Below are positions 61,706 to 64,000 of a stretch of DNA of 64,000 bases, piece after piece (position 1 is the stretch's first letter; each line of letters begins with the position of its first letter). Below the pieces are notes generated by a model that saw only the letters and a program-made list of their open reading frames with translations, was not told the DNA's origin and ran no database searches. This stretch comes from Trichodelitschia bisporula (taxonomy: Eukaryota), in NCBI GenBank assembly GCA_010356995.1, contig ML996699.1, positions 154,323 through 218,322 on the forward strand. The letters are read 5' to 3'. The position numbers were made by a program, and so were the translations under genes.

Positions 61706-63552
61706 CTTCGATATGAAGAGGTACAGATGAGGGTGGGTGGAAGGGGGGGGGGGACGCGCAAACAGGCGAAAGACAGGAGCCAACGGATGTCAAAACTTAA
61801 ACACAGGTTCTCGCTGCTGGCCCACCGTGCTCTCTCTCTCTTCCGCTTCTCTTATTGATCCCTCTCTATACTAGACTTATCGTGTAAGAGTGCCGCCGGG
61901 GGCTGCGATGGGACTTAAGTCTTAATGTGACCCCCCGCTTTCGCACGAACCTAGTGTCCGCACGGATAGATCCTCAGCCCGACACACCACATGAACTAAC
62001 CGTGGCGATAGACGCATCTACCCACATCTCTTAGCAAGAATAGGGAGAACCCAGCGCTTCATTCGTCCGAGTAGCATGCCTGTGAGAATGGGAAGAAGGG
62101 TCCGAGCCACGGAGTCTGCAATAACAGACGGACAATTGGACCGGGGCGATGTGGCGATGTGGCGAGAATGGCCGTTAGTTTAAGCGAGTAAAAAGCTTTT
62201 GCTCCTCTATGTGAGCATATGTGTATATTGAAAACGCCTAGATCGCCTGCCGCAGATGTGGGAGGGGGTGTCTTGGCAGGACAAGCAGTCACGGACTCGT
62301 CAGACCAGATAATCGCTGAAGAGGTTACCCCAGTCCCAGGTTCATTGGGCATGACAGGCCGGATGCGGGCTTCGACTCACTTTCCACGGAAGGATGCAAC
62401 AATCTAGAACGTCGAGAGTGGTGGGAGATCGGATGAGCCAAGGTGTATATACTACGGCAGACTCCGGCGGATGCGCGGCGGGGTAGAAAGATCGTAGTGG
62501 AAATTTGCGGCCACATGCCATTTCAGCACGTACCAAAGCTAGGCGGGTATTCTGGATAAGCGAGAACCTTGGGGAGACTTCTAGGTGACCGACATGCGCT
62601 TGAGATGTTGAGGGCAGGACGGAGGAAGCTGGACCGGATGGCGATACGTCTCCCGTGGATACTAGTTCTAACCCAGAATCCCTAGCGGAACACCGTCACA
62701 AATAGCAACCCTAACCATCCTCTCGACATCCTGGCTACGGTAGAGCCGCTTGGAGATGGCATCCAGAATGAAGAAGAGAAAATTGCTGAGGTTGTCGAGG
62801 AGTCAAGAGGGACAGAGGCGAGGTCCAAGCACGTTGTTGCCAATTGATATGGTCCAAGACAAGCCCCACGTCGATGCGAGGCAGGCCTAATATGTTTCGT
62901 CCAATAGGACCATCACAGCCCAAGCCTCCGGTAAACGAACCTCTCAACTCCCTTCAGCCTAAGAGCGGAGAGGGAGACAAGGACGCATTGTGGCATCGTA
63001 CCTGTGATCCTCAGAATCCTCAATATGAGGGAAAGCCTTATACGGCCTTGCATTCCCGGCATCTCCCATTGCTCTCCAAAGCCAAAGCTAAGACAAGCTC
63101 TTTGGCTCCGCCCCAGGTTGGTAGCAATGTAACTCGCGTCCCTGCGTCCCCTAAAAGAGGGTGGAGAGAACGCTACGATCTGTCCAACCTTATCAAAACG
63201 ATCATCTCTAAGAGTGTCACTTGCCCTTCTCGCTACACGCTCGTTCGGAACAACTAACCGAATCTCTTCCACGCCGTTGGCCTGTCCAGTGAGCATCTCA
63301 CTTACCCCCTAGGCGGCCAATTCACAAACCCCTGGACGTCCACCGTATGCGCGGAAATGCAGGTACCATATGGCCGTTAATTAAAGAACCGTTGAGTTTG
63401 CGAGAAGGGAACGCGTGGACGGCAGCGCCGCCCCATTGCCCAGCTGGACGCAAATACGCAAAATATAACAGAGTAGTGAGCCGCCAGTTGTTGACAGTTC
63501 CCCGCACTGCGTTCCGAAACAAGGCCCTCGATTATTTCCTCGTGTGCGTCGC

Positions 63553-64000
63553 ATGATAGGCGTCATGGCGAGGCTCAGCCAGGCGCGTGGTATGACCAGA
63601 CTCGTCCGGTGGCTCTGGATCGCCGCCATCTGCTCATCATCCCTATTGGCCACTGCCCGGCCCGAAGACACCTTTGCATTTTCCGCCGAGGCCATCGAGG
63701 CCGCCGCAAGGGCAGAGGCCGTCGACAACCGTGACCTAGGGAACATTGTCCTGCCGGAGAACGACACCTTCTACACGGCACCGTCGGGTTTCGAGAAGAC
63801 CGCTCCGGGTACTATCTTGCGCTCCCGGCCGGTGCCAAACCCGCTTACCATCAACAACAAGGACGCCATCAACGTGAAGGGAGCATGGCAGATTCAGTAC
63901 CGTACCCAGAACAGCGTGGGTGAGCCGGAAGCCGCCGTCATGACGGTGTTGGAGCCGTACAATGCCAAGAAGAATAGCTTGTTGGTCTACCATTACTTCA
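63553..64000 (+). CDS. Secretory lipase (LIP family), 5' part; continues past the window
   Basis: Open frame from ATG 63553 (or 63592) with a signal-like segment, then PENDTFYTAPSGFEKTAPGTILRSRP, AWQIQYRTQNSVG and VMTVLEP. Confidence 0.88.
   Translation, partial: MIGVMARLSQARGMTRLVRWLWIAAICSSSLLATARPEDTFAFSAEAIEAAARAEAVDNRDLGNIVLPENDTFYTAPSGFEKTAPGTILRSRPVPNPLTINNKDAINVKGAWQIQYRTQNSVGEPEAAVMTVLEPYNAKKNSLLVYHYF

Noticed and set aside
61898..61936. Imperfect palindrome centred on ACTTAAGT
   Set aside because: Short, mismatched arms dominated by G/C runs; not distinguishable from chance.
62706..62717. AACCCTAACC telomere-like motif
   Set aside because: Fewer than two full units; expected by chance.

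Overview
Eukaryotic DNA from a filamentous ascomycete (Pezizomycotina-type; mostly 42-70 nt GT-AG introns with CTAAC/CTGAC branch sites), with one assembly gap (1947-2676). From left to right the window holds: a PNP_UDP-NACHT-WD40 NLR immune receptor with near-identical WD repeats (runs off the left edge); an uncharacterised secreted protein; a U2 snRNA gene; a GPI-type cell-surface protein; a Sac7-like RhoGAP; TIM9; an intron-split 41-aa microprotein; an HBS1 gene carrying a skippable Ski7-type exon; a broken tandem retropepsin-like locus; a CorA-like protein; phospholipase B; cytochrome b2; a decayed tandem duplication; a CE5 cutinase-like esterase with a long low-complexity insert; POL12; PDR16; RPS29; a methyltransferase; two protein kinases; ICP55; a class III sirtuin; a secreted PHM-like putative copper protein; and the start of a secretory lipase. 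The strongest leads are the nested HBS1/SKI7 splicing architecture, the copper-monooxygenase-like protein with a possible His-to-Met ligand swap, the diversifying NLR repeats and the microprotein. I built all gene models by hand from translations and splice signals and ran no database searches, so family names rest on motif recognition. I found no clearly novel multi-gene system.
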